Shown: one piece after another, positions 18,640 to 28,037 of the stretch
Position numbering within the stretch: position 1 is the stretch's first letter
Layout of the letters: each line of letters starts with the position of its first letter
Assembly (NCBI GenBank): GCA_024681215.1
Contig: JAILBG010000132.1
Span: 856-64,855, forward strand
DNA: 64,000 bases
Direction of reading: 5' to 3'
Source of the DNA: Clostridiales bacterium
GTDB lineage: Bacteria; Bacillota; Clostridia; Christensenellales; Aristaeellaceae
Notes under the pieces: model-generated
The model's input: the letters and a program-made list of their open reading frames with translations, nothing else
The model's database searches: none
Told to the model about the DNA's origin: nothing
Position numbers and translations under genes: made by a program

Positions 18640-20046
18640 ATGAAGAAACTCCACATGGGCCCCGCCGGCTGCGCGCTGGATATCGGCGACGGCAGCGAGC
18701 GCGCCGAATACGTCAATCAGGATTATATCCTGCACAAGCTGGGCCGCCCCCACCGGGCGGTGAACATCATGTACACGTATTATCCCCACGATGAAGAATG
18801 GCCCGCCCGGATCTCCGTAGCCTGGAAGGACCGGAACGTCACCTTCGCCTGGGATTACCCCTACGACGATTATTTCCCCTACGGCGTGGACGGCCAGCCC
18901 TTCGGGCAGATGCAGGACATCCGCCGCCACGGCCAGGAGGTCATGCTGACGCTGACGCTGGACTGCGCCCTTTCCGATGAGGAGCTGCGCCAGGTGGCCC
19001 GGCAGCTGCGCCCCTACGGACGGATGATGATCCGCATCAACCACGAATGCTGCGGCACCTGGTTCCAGCACAACAAACGCTACACCTATCCCGAGGTGGG
19101 GGCATTCTTCGTACGCTTCGCCAATATCCTCAAGGAGGAAGCGCCCAACGTGCGCAGGATCTTCTGCGGCGGCTGGGGCATGCCCGACGGCCACGTGGAG
19201 CAGGAGGAAGCGTTCAGGGACTGCTACGCCGCCTCCGATCTGTGGAGCTGCGACGGCTATCCGGCGCTGCACTTCGGCTGGCCCTACGACGTGGCCGAGA
19301 TCGGCGGCGGCAAGTATTACGCCAAGCCCGTCTCCGAGATCATCGACCAGTTCATCCGCACCCATAAGCGGGCCGCGGAGCTGGCCGGGGAAAGCAAGCC
19401 CGTGATCAGCGCCGAATTCGACACCGACGGCGACGTGACCGGTCCCTGGACCCAGGGCGACAGCGTGGTGCGCTTCGCCCATTACTGGCGGGATCACAAA
19501 ATCGACTGGTTCAAATCCTTCAGCCTCTACCAGTTCCGGGACAAGGGCCGCCTGGGCCTGGAATGCGAGGATCCCAACAACCCCGCCGTGGGCGTGGAGC
19601 AGCCCATGCTGGCCCAGTACCGGGATCAGGTGCTTTACGATCCCTGGTTCATGCCCAAAATGACCGAAGGCGAGGAAGCCTCCTTCCCCGCCCCCATGCG
19701 CTGGGGCAGCTCCGAGGACGCGGAGGGCGTGGCGATCCCCCTTGAATTTGAGGGGAATCCCGTATTCTGCGAAATGACGGTGGAGCAGGAAATCGGCCTG
19801 ATGGCGGAATTGAACGGCCGCTGGTTCTACAAGGCCCCGGGGGTCCGGACCATCGACATGATGAGCGCCTTCTTCCATAAGCCCCTCTCCGGCCCCGCCA
19901 CGCTGACGCTGCGCGTCTTCGCGCCCCCCGCCGACGGCCTGAACGTGGACGACGGCAATCCCGACTGGCTTTTCAACTACCGCACGGTGCTGGAAAAGGC
20001 CCCGGAAATGCGCATCCGCTACGAAGCGCCGGGCCAGGTGCCGTAA
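18640..20046 (+). CDS. Cytoplasmic TIM-barrel glycoside-hydrolase-like protein (clan GH-A-like), function unknown
   Basis: RBS GAGGTGAG then the ATG at 18640. No signal peptide. MIRINHECCGTWF (NHE acid/base-like) and VISAEFD (candidate nucleophile Glu) suggest a (beta/alpha)8 hydrolase. The family is not recognised with certainty. Confidence 0.55.
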   Translation: MKKLHMGPAGCALDIGDGSERAEYVNQDYILHKLGRPHRAVNIMYTYYPHDEEWPARISVAWKDRNVTFAWDYPYDDYFPYGVDGQPFGQMQDIRRHGQEVMLTLTLDCALSDEELRQVARQLRPYGRMMIRINHECCGTWFQHNKRYTYPEVGAFFVRFANILKEEAPNVRRIFCGGWGMPDGHVEQEEAFRDCYAASDLWSCDGYPALHFGWPYDVAEIGGGKYYAKPVSEIIDQFIRTHKRAAELAGESKPVISAEFDTDGDVTGPWTQGDSVVRFAHYWRDHKIDWFKSFSLYQFRDKGRLGLECEDPNNPAVGVEQPMLAQYRDQVLYDPWFMPKMTEGEEASFPAPMRWGSSEDAEGVAIPLEFEGNPVFCEMTVEQEIGLMAELNGRWFYKAPGVRTIDMMSAFFHKPLSGPATLTLRVFAPPADGLNVDDGNPDWLFNYRTVLEKAPEMRIRYEAPGQVP

Positions 20047-20093
20047 ACCGCCGCAGGGAATCCGCGACGAAAAAAACTCAAAGGAGATTCAGT

Positions 20094-21317
20094 ATGAAAC
20101 AAACCGTTCTGCGCCAGTACGCCCGCCTGATCGCGCGGGTCGGCGTCAATATTCAAAAGGGCCAGGAGGTCATCATCCGCTGCGAGCTCGACCAGCCGAA
20201 GTTCGTGGAGCTGCTGGTGGACGAGTGCTACAAGGCCGGGGCCAAGAAGGTGAAGGTGGAGTTTGAACACCAGCCCCTGGAAAAGCTGCACGTCCGTCAC
20301 CAGACCGTCGCCACCCTGGCCAAAGTGGAGGAATGGGAAAAGGCCCGGCTGCAGCATTATGTGGACACCCTGCCCTGCCGCATCTACCTGGACTCTTCGG
20401 ACCCCGATGGGCTGAAGGGCATCAATCAGGCGAAAATGGCGAAGGCCGACCAGAAGTGCTACCCCATCGTCAAGCCCTACTGGGACAAGATGGAGAACCG
20501 GTATCAGTGGTGCATCGCCGCCGTGCCCGGCGTGGCCTGGGCCAAGAAGCTCTTTCCCGATCTGCCCCGGGGCAGAGCCGTCGAGAAGCTGTGGGAGGCC
20601 ATCCTGTTCACCTCCCGCGCGACGGAAGACCCCGTGGCGGCCTGGGAAGCCCACAACAAGGATCTGCATGACCGCTGCGCCTATCTCAACGGCCTGGGCA
20701 TCAGCGAACTGCACTACAAAGGCGACAACGGCACCGACCTCACCGTGGGCCTGATCCCCGAGGCGGAGTTCCAGGGCGGGATCGAAACCAGCCTGCAGGG
20801 CATCAGCTTCAACCCCAACATCCCCAGCGAGGAATGCTTCACCTCCCCCATGCGCGGCAAGGCGGAGGGCATCGTCTACGCCACCAAGCCCCTGTCCTAT
20901 CAGGGCGAGCTGATCGAGAATTTCTCCATTCGCTTTGAAAACGGCAAGGCCGTGGAGGTGAAGGCGGAGAAGAACCAGGCGCTCCTGGAGCAGATGATCG
21001 CCATGGACGAGGGCGCCGCCTATCTGGGCGAGTGCGCGCTGGTGCCCGTCAATTCCCCGATCTCCGAATCCGGTCTGCTGTTCTACGAAACGCTCTTTGA
21101 CGAGAACGCCGCCTGCCACCTGGCCCTCGGCATGGGCTTCACCAACACCATCCGGGGCTTTGAAAACAAGACGCTGGAAGAATGCCGGGCGCTGGGCATC
21201 AACGACTCCATGGAGCACAACGATTTCATGATCGGCTACGAAGGCCTGGACATCGACGCCCTCACCCGGGACGGCAGGACGGTGCCCATCTTCCGCCGGG
21301 GCAAGTGGGCTTTCTGA
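20094..21317 (+). CDS. Aminopeptidase, M29 (AmpS/PepS) family
   Basis: 407 aa. The N-terminus ..YARLIARVGVNIQKGQEVIIRCE.. and C-terminal ..CHLALGMGF.. are typical of thermophilic-metalloprotease M29 enzymes. Confidence 0.85.
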   Translation: MKQTVLRQYARLIARVGVNIQKGQEVIIRCELDQPKFVELLVDECYKAGAKKVKVEFEHQPLEKLHVRHQTVATLAKVEEWEKARLQHYVDTLPCRIYLDSSDPDGLKGINQAKMAKADQKCYPIVKPYWDKMENRYQWCIAAVPGVAWAKKLFPDLPRGRAVEKLWEAILFTSRATEDPVAAWEAHNKDLHDRCAYLNGLGISELHYKGDNGTDLTVGLIPEAEFQGGIETSLQGISFNPNIPSEECFTSPMRGKAEGIVYATKPLSYQGELIENFSIRFENGKAVEVKAEKNQALLEQMIAMDEGAAYLGECALVPVNSPISESGLLFYETLFDENAACHLALGMGFTNTIRGFENKTLEECRALGINDSMEHNDFMIGYEGLDIDALTRDGRTVPIFRRGKWAF

Positions 21318-21358
21318 TCCCGCTTCTCCCGGATCATATTCCCGTTATATTCCGGCAA

Positions 21359-21404
21359 AACGCGCTTTCCCTCCGCTGTACGGCGGACAGAAGCGCGTTT
21401 TTTC
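21359..21404 (+). terminator. Rho-independent terminator after the aminopeptidase gene
   Basis: AAAACGCGCTT..(inner CCGC/GCGG hairpin)..AAGCGCG followed by TTTTTT. Confidence 0.6.
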
Positions 21405-21421
21405 CTTACCGGAAAACAGGC

Positions 21422-21459
21422 AAAAAAAGACGCCCGCCCCGCATCGTCGGGGCAGGCGG
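21422..21459 (-). terminator. Rho-independent terminator ending the minus-strand ABC/hypothetical unit
   Basis: The minus strand reads CGCCTGCCCC-GACGATGC-GGGGCGGGCG followed by TCTTTTTTT. Confidence 0.65.
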
Positions 21460-21474
21460 AAAGCCTACTCTACT

Positions 21475-21909
21475 TCATTTGCTTTTTTCTTTCAGCGCCT
21501 TGCAGATCTTCTTCTGCACGGGCAGCCGCTCCCAGCGCCGGTATCGGCCCGTATACTCCAGGCCGACGGCGGCGGCTGCGTCCCGGGACAGGAAAGAGAT
21601 CAGCGGCAGGGCATGCCGCTCCATGGCCCGGAGCATCCATTGGGCGGCCCCGGGCCAGGTATCCATATCATCCCTGAGCAGCAGCAGCCGCACCATCCGC
21701 TCCGCGGTATCGGAGGGCGGCTGCGCGGCGCACAGGCCCTCCGCCGCCAGGCGCACCTTTTCGTCCGCCCGCCCATGGCAGGGATCGTCCTGCAGCGAAT
21801 GGCCGAAGCCGAACAGCCCGTCCGTGGGCTTACGCTTCTTTTCGCACTCCTCCAGATCCCTCCGGTACTCCCGGAAGGCCTGCTCCGCCTGGGCAAAAAA
21901 CGTTTCCAT
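21475..21909 (-). CDS. Hypothetical protein (144 aa)
   Basis: RBS AAAGGAGAG 5 nt before the ATG. Codon usage matches its neighbours. No recognisable domain. Confidence 0.55.
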   Translation of the reverse strand: METFFAQAEQAFREYRRDLEECEKKRKPTDGLFGFGHSLQDDPCHGRADEKVRLAAEGLCAAQPPSDTAERMVRLLLLRDDMDTWPGAAQWMLRAMERHALPLISFLSRDAAAAVGLEYTGRYRRWERLPVQKKICKALKEKSK

Positions 21910-21937
21910 CGGGGCTCTCCTTTACGTCGAAGGGAAA

Positions 21938-22186
21938 TTATTTGATACCGTCCTCATCATCCTTGGGGGGCGGTTCCCGGGTATTCCCGCTTTTCCGCCA
22001 GAGCACAAAAGCATAGTACCCGATGGCAGCCGCGGCGATCACAAACAGCGCGATGAACCCGAACCGCGCGATGGGGGCCATGGTGGTGTCCGGGTCCGTC
22101 CGGTCCTGAAGCAGCCCGTAGGCCAGATACAGCAGATACGCCGCCACGACGCCCATCAGGGTGGCCCGGTTTTTACCCTGGTTCAA
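21938..22186 (-). CDS. Small two-TM membrane protein (82 aa)
   Basis: TTG start preceded by GGAGG. Two hydrophobic helices (LMGVVAAYLLYLAYGLL, FGFIALFVIAAAAIGYYAFVLW). Confidence 0.5.
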   Translation of the reverse strand: MNQGKNRATLMGVVAAYLLYLAYGLLQDRTDPDTTMAPIARFGFIALFVIAAAAIGYYAFVLWRKSGNTREPPPKDDEDGIK

Positions 22187-22262
22187 GCCGCCGCCTCCTT
22201 TCCTTTCATGGACAGACCCCCGCAGCCAGCGCCGCGGGGGAGAAAAATCGCAGGCAGAAGGA

Positions 22263-23756
22263 TCACTTCTGCTTTTTCTTGGACAGGATATCGAACACCA
22301 CGGCGCCCAGCAGCACCACGCCCTTGACCACGCGCTGGTAGTTCTGATCCAGACTGATGAGGCTCATGCCCAGGTTGATCACGCCGATCAGCGTGGCGCC
22401 GATCACCATGCCCAGCACGGAGCCCGCGCCGCCGCTGGCGGACACGCCGCCCACCACGCAGGCGGAGATGGCGTCCATTTCATAGTTCTTGCCGGCGTTG
22501 GCGAAGGCGTTGCCGAAGCGCGCCATGTTCGCCATGGTGGCGATACTGGTGAGCACAGCCATGTTCAGGTAAGCCACGAACATGATCCGCCGGGTGTTGA
22601 CGCCGGAGAGGCGGGCCGCCTCTATGTTGCTGCCCACCACGTAGAAGTGGCGGCCGATGGTGGTCTTGCTGGTGATGAAGCTGTAAATCAGCACGATGCC
22701 GGCCGCCCACAGCAGCGTCGTGGGGAGGCCGCCGCCATAAGCCAGCTTGTAGGTAAGCAACAGGATGGCCGCGGCGCCGATGCCGCTCTTGGCGGCAGCC
22801 GCCTGGATGGAATCCGCCTCATAGCCCTTTGCCAGCCTGTTTTTCCGGGTCATGAACACGGTAAGCACCACCAGGCCCGCCGCCAGCAGACCGAAGATGA
22901 AGCATGGCCAGTTGAACACGCCCTCCGCGGTGGGGAATACGCGGCCGTAGAAGATGCTCTTGAAGCCATCCGGGAAGTTGGTGAGGGATTTGGTGTCCGG
23001 GTTCGCTACGCTCAGGATCTCGGTACCCAGGCCGCGGAAGGCCAGGAAGCCGGTCAGCGTGGCGATCCACGGCGGAATGTGCACATACGCGATCAGGAAG
23101 CCCAGGATCATGCCGTAGCCGATACCGATGAGCATCATCAGCAGGATGGATACGCCCGTGCCCATGGCCATGGCCTGGGTGGACATGAACACGCCGCCGA
23201 GGGCGCCCAGCAGACACACCACCGCGCCGCAGCTCAGGTCGATGTTGCCGCCGGTGAGCATGCACATCAGCATGCCGGTGCCAAGGATGAACACGTAGGT
23301 GTTCTGGTCAATGAGCGCGGTAAAATTGGCAGGGCTGAACAGGCTTCCGACGGTCATGTCGGTAAAGAACAGATATACAAGAACCAGGGCAATGAGCATC
23401 GTTCTGTCTTTGAGAACACCCGTTACTTTCTTGATCTGGATCGACCTGTTCTCATCCTTGGCCAGGAACGTCATGAGCCCCGCGGCCAGGAAGATTGCCC
23501 CGACCACAAGCAGCTCCGGAAAGTAAGCAAAGAAGAACAGGATGATGATATTTGATGGAATGGTTTCTTTCGGCACCTCGTTATGAAGGATACCGGACAG
23601 CGTTTCCCGTGTTTTGGAACGCAGTACCCCGATGCTGTCGGTTCCGGTTGCCCTGGTAATCGCATGAATGGCGCCTATGATACCGGCAATAAAGATGATG
23701 GCTCCCAGGATGGCAAATACGGCAGCCAGTATCTTCCGCTTTCTTGTCTGATCCAC
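22263..23756 (-). CDS. CUT2-type sugar ABC transporter permease with an N-terminal extension of about 110 aa
   Basis: BPD_transp_2-like core (..GGNIDLSCGAVV.., ..GRHFYVVGSNIEAARLSGVN..). GTG start at 23756 preceded by AAGGGGG. Confidence 0.85.
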   Translation of the reverse strand: MDQTRKRKILAAVFAILGAIIFIAGIIGAIHAITRATGTDSIGVLRSKTRETLSGILHNEVPKETIPSNIIILFFFAYFPELLVVGAIFLAAGLMTFLAKDENRSIQIKKVTGVLKDRTMLIALVLVYLFFTDMTVGSLFSPANFTALIDQNTYVFILGTGMLMCMLTGGNIDLSCGAVVCLLGALGGVFMSTQAMAMGTGVSILLMMLIGIGYGMILGFLIAYVHIPPWIATLTGFLAFRGLGTEILSVANPDTKSLTNFPDGFKSIFYGRVFPTAEGVFNWPCFIFGLLAAGLVVLTVFMTRKNRLAKGYEADSIQAAAAKSGIGAAAILLLTYKLAYGGGLPTTLLWAAGIVLIYSFITSKTTIGRHFYVVGSNIEAARLSGVNTRRIMFVAYLNMAVLTSIATMANMARFGNAFANAGKNYEMDAISACVVGGVSASGGAGSVLGMVIGATLIGVINLGMSLISLDQNYQRVVKGVVLLGAVVFDILSKKKQK

Positions 23757-23768
23757 GCTAATACCCCC

Positions 23769-25112
23769 TTACTTCTTCTGCCGCTTGGAGAGCACATCGA
23801 ACAGCACAGCGATCAGAAGTACGATGCCTTTGACGACCTTCTGATAGTTCTGGGGCGTATGAACCAGGTTCATCCCCTTGTTGATGATGCCCATCAGCGT
23901 GGCGCCGATGATCATGCCGAACACCTTGCCGATGCCGCCGTAGGCCGACGCGCCGCCGATGAAGCAGGCGGCAATGGCGTCCATTTCGTAGCCATCGCCG
24001 GCGTTTGCCGGGTCGATGCCCTTGTTGAACCCGGCGGCCAGAATGCCCGCAAGGCCGGCCAGCAAGCCGATGTTGGCATAGGCGAACCAGTACACATTCC
24101 GGGTCTTAACACCGGAAAGGGCGGTGGCCTTTTCGTTGCCGCCCACGGCGTACAGATGGCGGCCGATGGCGGTCTTATTGGTGATGTAGGCGTAAATGCC
24201 CAGCACCAACGCCACCCACACCAGCGCCATGGGGAAGCCCCGGTAGAAGCTCATATCGAAGCACACCCACACGATCAGCAGGGAAATCAGCACGGTGGAG
24301 ATCACCTGGGCGGGGATAGACTGGCTGATGTTCATTTTCTTCTGCACCAGGATCTTGCGCACCCGCATGACGATGAAAATCAGCGCCACCACAAGGCCGA
24401 TGCACATGCAGGTAACGTTGAAGGTCTTGACCCCGTCAAAGTTGGTGCCCGGCAGCAGCGCCACCCAGAACCCATCCTTGTTCAGCATGGTTTTTTCCGC
24501 GTTGGGGAACACGTCTTTCATGAAATCTGTGATGTAGCTGCTTTTGGTCACGCCGAAGTACCGCAGGAAATCCGCAAAGTCCGCATTGCCGCGCTGCCCG
24601 CCCAGGACGGCGCTGGCGATGCCGCGGAAGGCGTACATGCCCGCCAGGGTGGCGATGAACGCCGGCACCCGGATCTTGGAGATCCAGAAGCCCTGGAACA
24701 CGCCGATGGCCAGGCCGGCGAGCAACATGACCGCCACCGCCCACCACATGCTGGTGCCCGCAGACATCATGATGCAGCCAATCGCGCCGGTAAAGCACAC
24801 CACGGAGCCGACGGACAAATCGATGTTGCCGCCGGTGAGGATGCACAGCAGCATGCCGGCCGCCAGCACAAATACGTAGGCGTTCTCGCCGATCAGGTTG
24901 GTGATTTCCTTATTGGAAAGGATCTTCCAGTCCGACATGATGCCGAAGGCGATCACCACCGCCACTAAGGCGATGATCATGGTGTACTTCTGAAGAAATT
25001 CCCGAACCTTCAATCGCTGCATCAGTTCGATGAACTTCTGCCAGGAGGTAAGCTGCGCTCCGGAATCTCCGCCGCCCCCCGCCGGCTGGACCAGGATTTC
25101 TTTATTGCTCAT
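23769..25112 (-). CDS. CUT2-type sugar ABC transporter permease (XylH/GguB-like)
   Basis: ..GGNIDLSVGSVV.. and ..GRHLYAVGGNEKATALSGV.. motifs. The start is either the ATG at 25112 or the GTG at 25118, which overlaps the ATPase stop. Confidence 0.85.
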   Translation of the reverse strand: MSNKEILVQPAGGGGDSGAQLTSWQKFIELMQRLKVREFLQKYTMIIALVAVVIAFGIMSDWKILSNKEITNLIGENAYVFVLAAGMLLCILTGGNIDLSVGSVVCFTGAIGCIMMSAGTSMWWAVAVMLLAGLAIGVFQGFWISKIRVPAFIATLAGMYAFRGIASAVLGGQRGNADFADFLRYFGVTKSSYITDFMKDVFPNAEKTMLNKDGFWVALLPGTNFDGVKTFNVTCMCIGLVVALIFIVMRVRKILVQKKMNISQSIPAQVISTVLISLLIVWVCFDMSFYRGFPMALVWVALVLGIYAYITNKTAIGRHLYAVGGNEKATALSGVKTRNVYWFAYANIGLLAGLAGILAAGFNKGIDPANAGDGYEMDAIAACFIGGASAYGGIGKVFGMIIGATLMGIINKGMNLVHTPQNYQKVVKGIVLLIAVLFDVLSKRQKK

Positions 25113-25114
25113 TC

Positions 25115-26659
25115 TCACGCACCCCTTCCCGATCTGAGGATCGCTGTCATGATGCTCTCCTGCGTGGCTTCCTCCGCCTTCATTTCGCCCACGATCCTGG
25201 CCTCGTTCATGATATAAATACGGTCGCTCATGCCCAGCACCTCAGGCAGTTCGGAAGAAATCAGCACCACGCATTTGCCCGCCGCGGCCAGATCGTTGAT
25301 AATGCAGTAAATTTCATATTTGGCGCCTACGTCGATGCCGCGGGTCGGCTCGTCCAGCAGCAGGATATCCGGCTCGGCGAACATCCATTTGGCCAGAAGC
25401 ACCTTCTGCTGGTTGCCGCCGGAAAGGTTGCCCACCAGCTGTTCCACCGAAGGCGTTTTGATTTTCAGCTTGCCCCGGTATTCCTCCGCCGCGGCGTATT
25501 CCTTGTCTCCGTCGATAATGGAGTGCCTGGAAATCGCCCCCAGGTTGGCCAGGGAGGTATTCACCTTGATGGACTGGCTGAGCACCAGGCCGTTGCCCTT
25601 GCGGTCCTCGGTCACGTAAGCGATCTTATGCTTGATGGCGTCCGCCGCGCTTTTGTGCAGGTGGATATGTTTCCCATCCAGCTTCAGCTCCCCGGAAAAA
25701 TTCACGCCGTAGCTGCGGCCGAAAATGCTCATGGCCAGCTCCGTGCGTCCGGCGCCCATCAGGCCGTAGATGCCTACCACCTCGCCCTGGCGGACGTACA
25801 TGGAAACGTCGTCCACCACTTTGCGCTCCGGATAAAGGGGATGGTGCACGGTCCAGTGATTGACCTCCAGCCGCACGTCCCCGACCTTTACGTTTTCGCG
25901 CTTGGGGAAGCGGTTGGTGATCTCGCGGCCCACCATGCCCCGGATAATTCTTTCTTCACTCACGGGCTCCGTGCCGTGATTGTCGATGGTTTCAATGGTA
26001 GCGCCGTCGCGCACCACGGTGATCTTGTCCGCCACGTAGGATACTTCGTTCAGCTTGTGGGAAATGATGATCATGGTCATTCCCTGCTTTTTGAAGCTGA
26101 GCATCAGATCCAGCAGCGCCCTGGAATCCTCCTCGTTCAGGGAAGAGGTAGGCTCGTCCAGGATCAGCAGCCGCGCCTTCTTGGCCAGCGCCTTGGCGAT
26201 TTCAACCAGCTGCTGCTTGCCTGTACCGATATTTTTGATCTGTACCTTGGAGCTTTCCTTGAGGCCCACCATTCTCAGGTATTTATCGGCCTCCGCGTAG
26301 GTCTTGTTCCAGTTGATGGCAAAGCTGTGGCCGCATTCGTTGCCCAGGTACATGTTTTCGCCGATGGTCAATTCCGGCACCAGCGCCAGTTCCTGATGGA
26401 TGATAACGATGCCCAGCTTTTCCGAATCCTTGATATTGGAAAACCTGCACTCTTTTCCGTCGTAGATGATATCGCCTTCGTAAGTGCCGAAAGGATAGAT
26501 GCCGCTCAGCACGTTCATCAGGGTGGATTTGCCCGCGCCGTTTTCGCCCACCAGCGCGTGGATCTCCCCTTCCTCTACCTGGAGGTTAACATTGTCCAGG
26601 GCTTTTACGCCGGGAAAGGTTTTGGTAATATTTTTCATTTCCAGCAAAATCTTTGCCAT
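25115..26659 (-). CDS. Sugar ABC transporter ATP-binding protein (duplicated ATPase, MglA/XylG/GguA-like)
   Basis: Two NBD halves: Walker [10 protein letters not shown] and GLMGAGRTE, signatures and Walker [15 protein letters not shown].. and LILDEPT/LLLDEPT. Confidence 0.92.
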   Translation of the reverse strand: MAKILLEMKNITKTFPGVKALDNVNLQVEEGEIHALVGENGAGKSTLMNVLSGIYPFGTYEGDIIYDGKECRFSNIKDSEKLGIVIIHQELALVPELTIGENMYLGNECGHSFAINWNKTYAEADKYLRMVGLKESSKVQIKNIGTGKQQLVEIAKALAKKARLLILDEPTSSLNEEDSRALLDLMLSFKKQGMTMIIISHKLNEVSYVADKITVVRDGATIETIDNHGTEPVSEERIIRGMVGREITNRFPKRENVKVGDVRLEVNHWTVHHPLYPERKVVDDVSMYVRQGEVVGIYGLMGAGRTELAMSIFGRSYGVNFSGELKLDGKHIHLHKSAADAIKHKIAYVTEDRKGNGLVLSQSIKVNTSLANLGAISRHSIIDGDKEYAAAEEYRGKLKIKTPSVEQLVGNLSGGNQQKVLLAKWMFAEPDILLLDEPTRGIDVGAKYEIYCIINDLAAAGKCVVLISSELPEVLGMSDRIYIMNEARIVGEMKAEEATQESIMTAILRSGRGA

Positions 26660-26741
26660 GGCTCTCCTCCAACTCCAATCCGATGGAATCCCAACCGTAT
26701 TGTCAAAGCCCGTGCATGATCGCGGCTTATCAACCTTAAAT

Positions 26742-26770
26742 GATGCAGGCGGGACAGGCCCGCCTGCATC
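26742..26770 (-). other. Intra-operon stem-loop after the binding-protein gene
   Basis: 12-bp perfect stem GATGCAGGCGGG / CCCGCCTGCATC with a 5-nt loop, between the SBP stop (26791) and the ATPase start (26659). Confidence 0.6.
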
Positions 26771-26790
26771 AATCAGGTCAATTCACTGAA

Positions 26791-27852
26791 TTATTCCGCC
26801 ACAACGGGATAGCCGGCGTCATTCAGTACGTAGTAGCCGGAGTCGATCAGCAGCTCCTGCCAGTTGTCCAGGCTCGCAAACACGGGCTCGCACAGGTAGG
26901 AAGGAACGGTGATCTTGCCGTTGTTGTAGGTTTCGTTGTCGTTCACGTCGACTTCTTCGCCATTGAAGATCTGGCCGACCATCTTCACGACCTGAGCCGC
27001 CAGGGTCCGGGTATCCTTGAACACGGACATGGCCTGCTTGCCGTCGATCATCTTCGCCATGGTGGCAACGTCGCAGTCCTGGCCGGTGATGAGGGGCCAT
27101 TCGCCGTCGTAGTTGTCTTCCAGAGCATTGATGACGCCCAGAGCGGTGGAGTCGTTGGAGCACAGCCAGGCATTGATGTTGGAGCCGTCGTCATAGTTGG
27201 CCAGGATGGCATTGGCGCGGGTCTGAGCGGTCTCAGACTTCCAGCCGGGGGTGGCAACCTTGTTGAATTCGATTTCGCCGGACTTCACAACCAGCTTGCC
27301 AGCGTCCATGTAGGGCTGCAGCACGTCGATAGCGCCCTGATAGAAGTAGCCAGCGTTGTTGTCGCCGGGGTCGCCAGCGGTGATTTCCAGGTTGAAGGGG
27401 CCTTCCGCGTTGTCCAGATCCAGAGCATCCTTGATGTAGGTGCCCTGCACGGTGCCGACCATGTAGTTATCGAAGGTGGCATAGTAGGAAACAGCGTCAG
27501 ATTCCATCAGCAGACGGTCGTAAGCGATGACCGCAACGCCCTTTTCCTTGGCCAGGTCCAGAGCGGAGCCCAGGGCGTCGCCCGTGATGGCGGCGATGAT
27601 AACGACTTTGCAGCCGTTGTTGATCATGTTGGTCACCTGGTTCAGCTGCTGCTGCTCATCGTTGGCGGCATACTGCAGGTCCACTTCATAGCCGGCTTCC
27701 TGGAACATGGCTTCCATGTAGGAGCCATCCTGATTCCAGCGCTGCAGGTCCTTGGTGGGCATCGAAATGCCGACCTTCTCGCCTTCGGCCAGGACGCTGA
27801 AACTCGCGCATACCATCAGCAGGCACAGGAGCATTGCAAGGATTTTCTTCAT
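26791..27852 (-). CDS. Sugar ABC transporter substrate-binding protein (ChvE / multiple-sugar-binding-like)
   Basis: RBS AAAGGAGAG, then the ATG at 27852 and signal peptide MKKILAMLLCLLMVCASFSVLA. Periplasmic-binding-protein type I fold sequence. The ORF-track extension to 28191 runs across the promoter. Confidence 0.85.
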   Translation of the reverse strand: MKKILAMLLCLLMVCASFSVLAEGEKVGISMPTKDLQRWNQDGSYMEAMFQEAGYEVDLQYAANDEQQQLNQVTNMINNGCKVVIIAAITGDALGSALDLAKEKGVAVIAYDRLLMESDAVSYYATFDNYMVGTVQGTYIKDALDLDNAEGPFNLEITAGDPGDNNAGYFYQGAIDVLQPYMDAGKLVVKSGEIEFNKVATPGWKSETAQTRANAILANYDDGSNINAWLCSNDSTALGVINALEDNYDGEWPLITGQDCDVATMAKMIDGKQAMSVFKDTRTLAAQVVKMVGQIFNGEEVDVNDNETYNNGKITVPSYLCEPVFASLDNWQELLIDSGYYVLNDAGYPVVAE

Positions 27853-27915
27853 ACGGGCACTCTCCTTTGATTTTATTTTTGCGGACTGTTTTTCACTCCG
27901 CATTTGATTATCGTG

Positions 27916-27944
27916 ATTATAACATTTACAAAATGGTTTGTCAA
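27916..27944 (-). promoter_or_regulatory. Sigma-70/SigA-type promoter of the ABC operon
   Basis: The minus strand reads TTGACA-17 nt-TATAAT (perfect consensus). A direct repeat TGATTAT-CG-TGATTAT (plus strand) overlaps the -10. Confidence 0.7.
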
Positions 27945-27974
27945 GGGAGAAAATGTACATTCCCTGTCCTTTCG

Positions 27975-28031
27975 GCAAGCGGGAAAAAACCTCGCCGCCC
28001 GCCCCGCAGGCCCTTCCGGACCGGGGGGGCG
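27975..28031 (-). terminator. Possible terminator after the zinc-ribbon membrane protein gene
   Basis: A GC-rich imperfect hairpin (CGCCCCCCC...GGGGCGGGCG on the minus strand), then TTTTTT 6 nt later. Confidence 0.4.
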
Positions 28032-28037
28032 TCGCGG

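Noticed and set aside
27883-27921. Reading the shared TCAC-N16-GTGA module as a CRP/FNR-type site or as a CcpA cre.
   Set aside because: CRP-type sites are TGTGA-N6-TCACA, with the opposite half-site order and spacing. The 14-nt cre consensus (TGWAANCGNTNWCA) is not matched. It is kept only as an unassigned shared motif.
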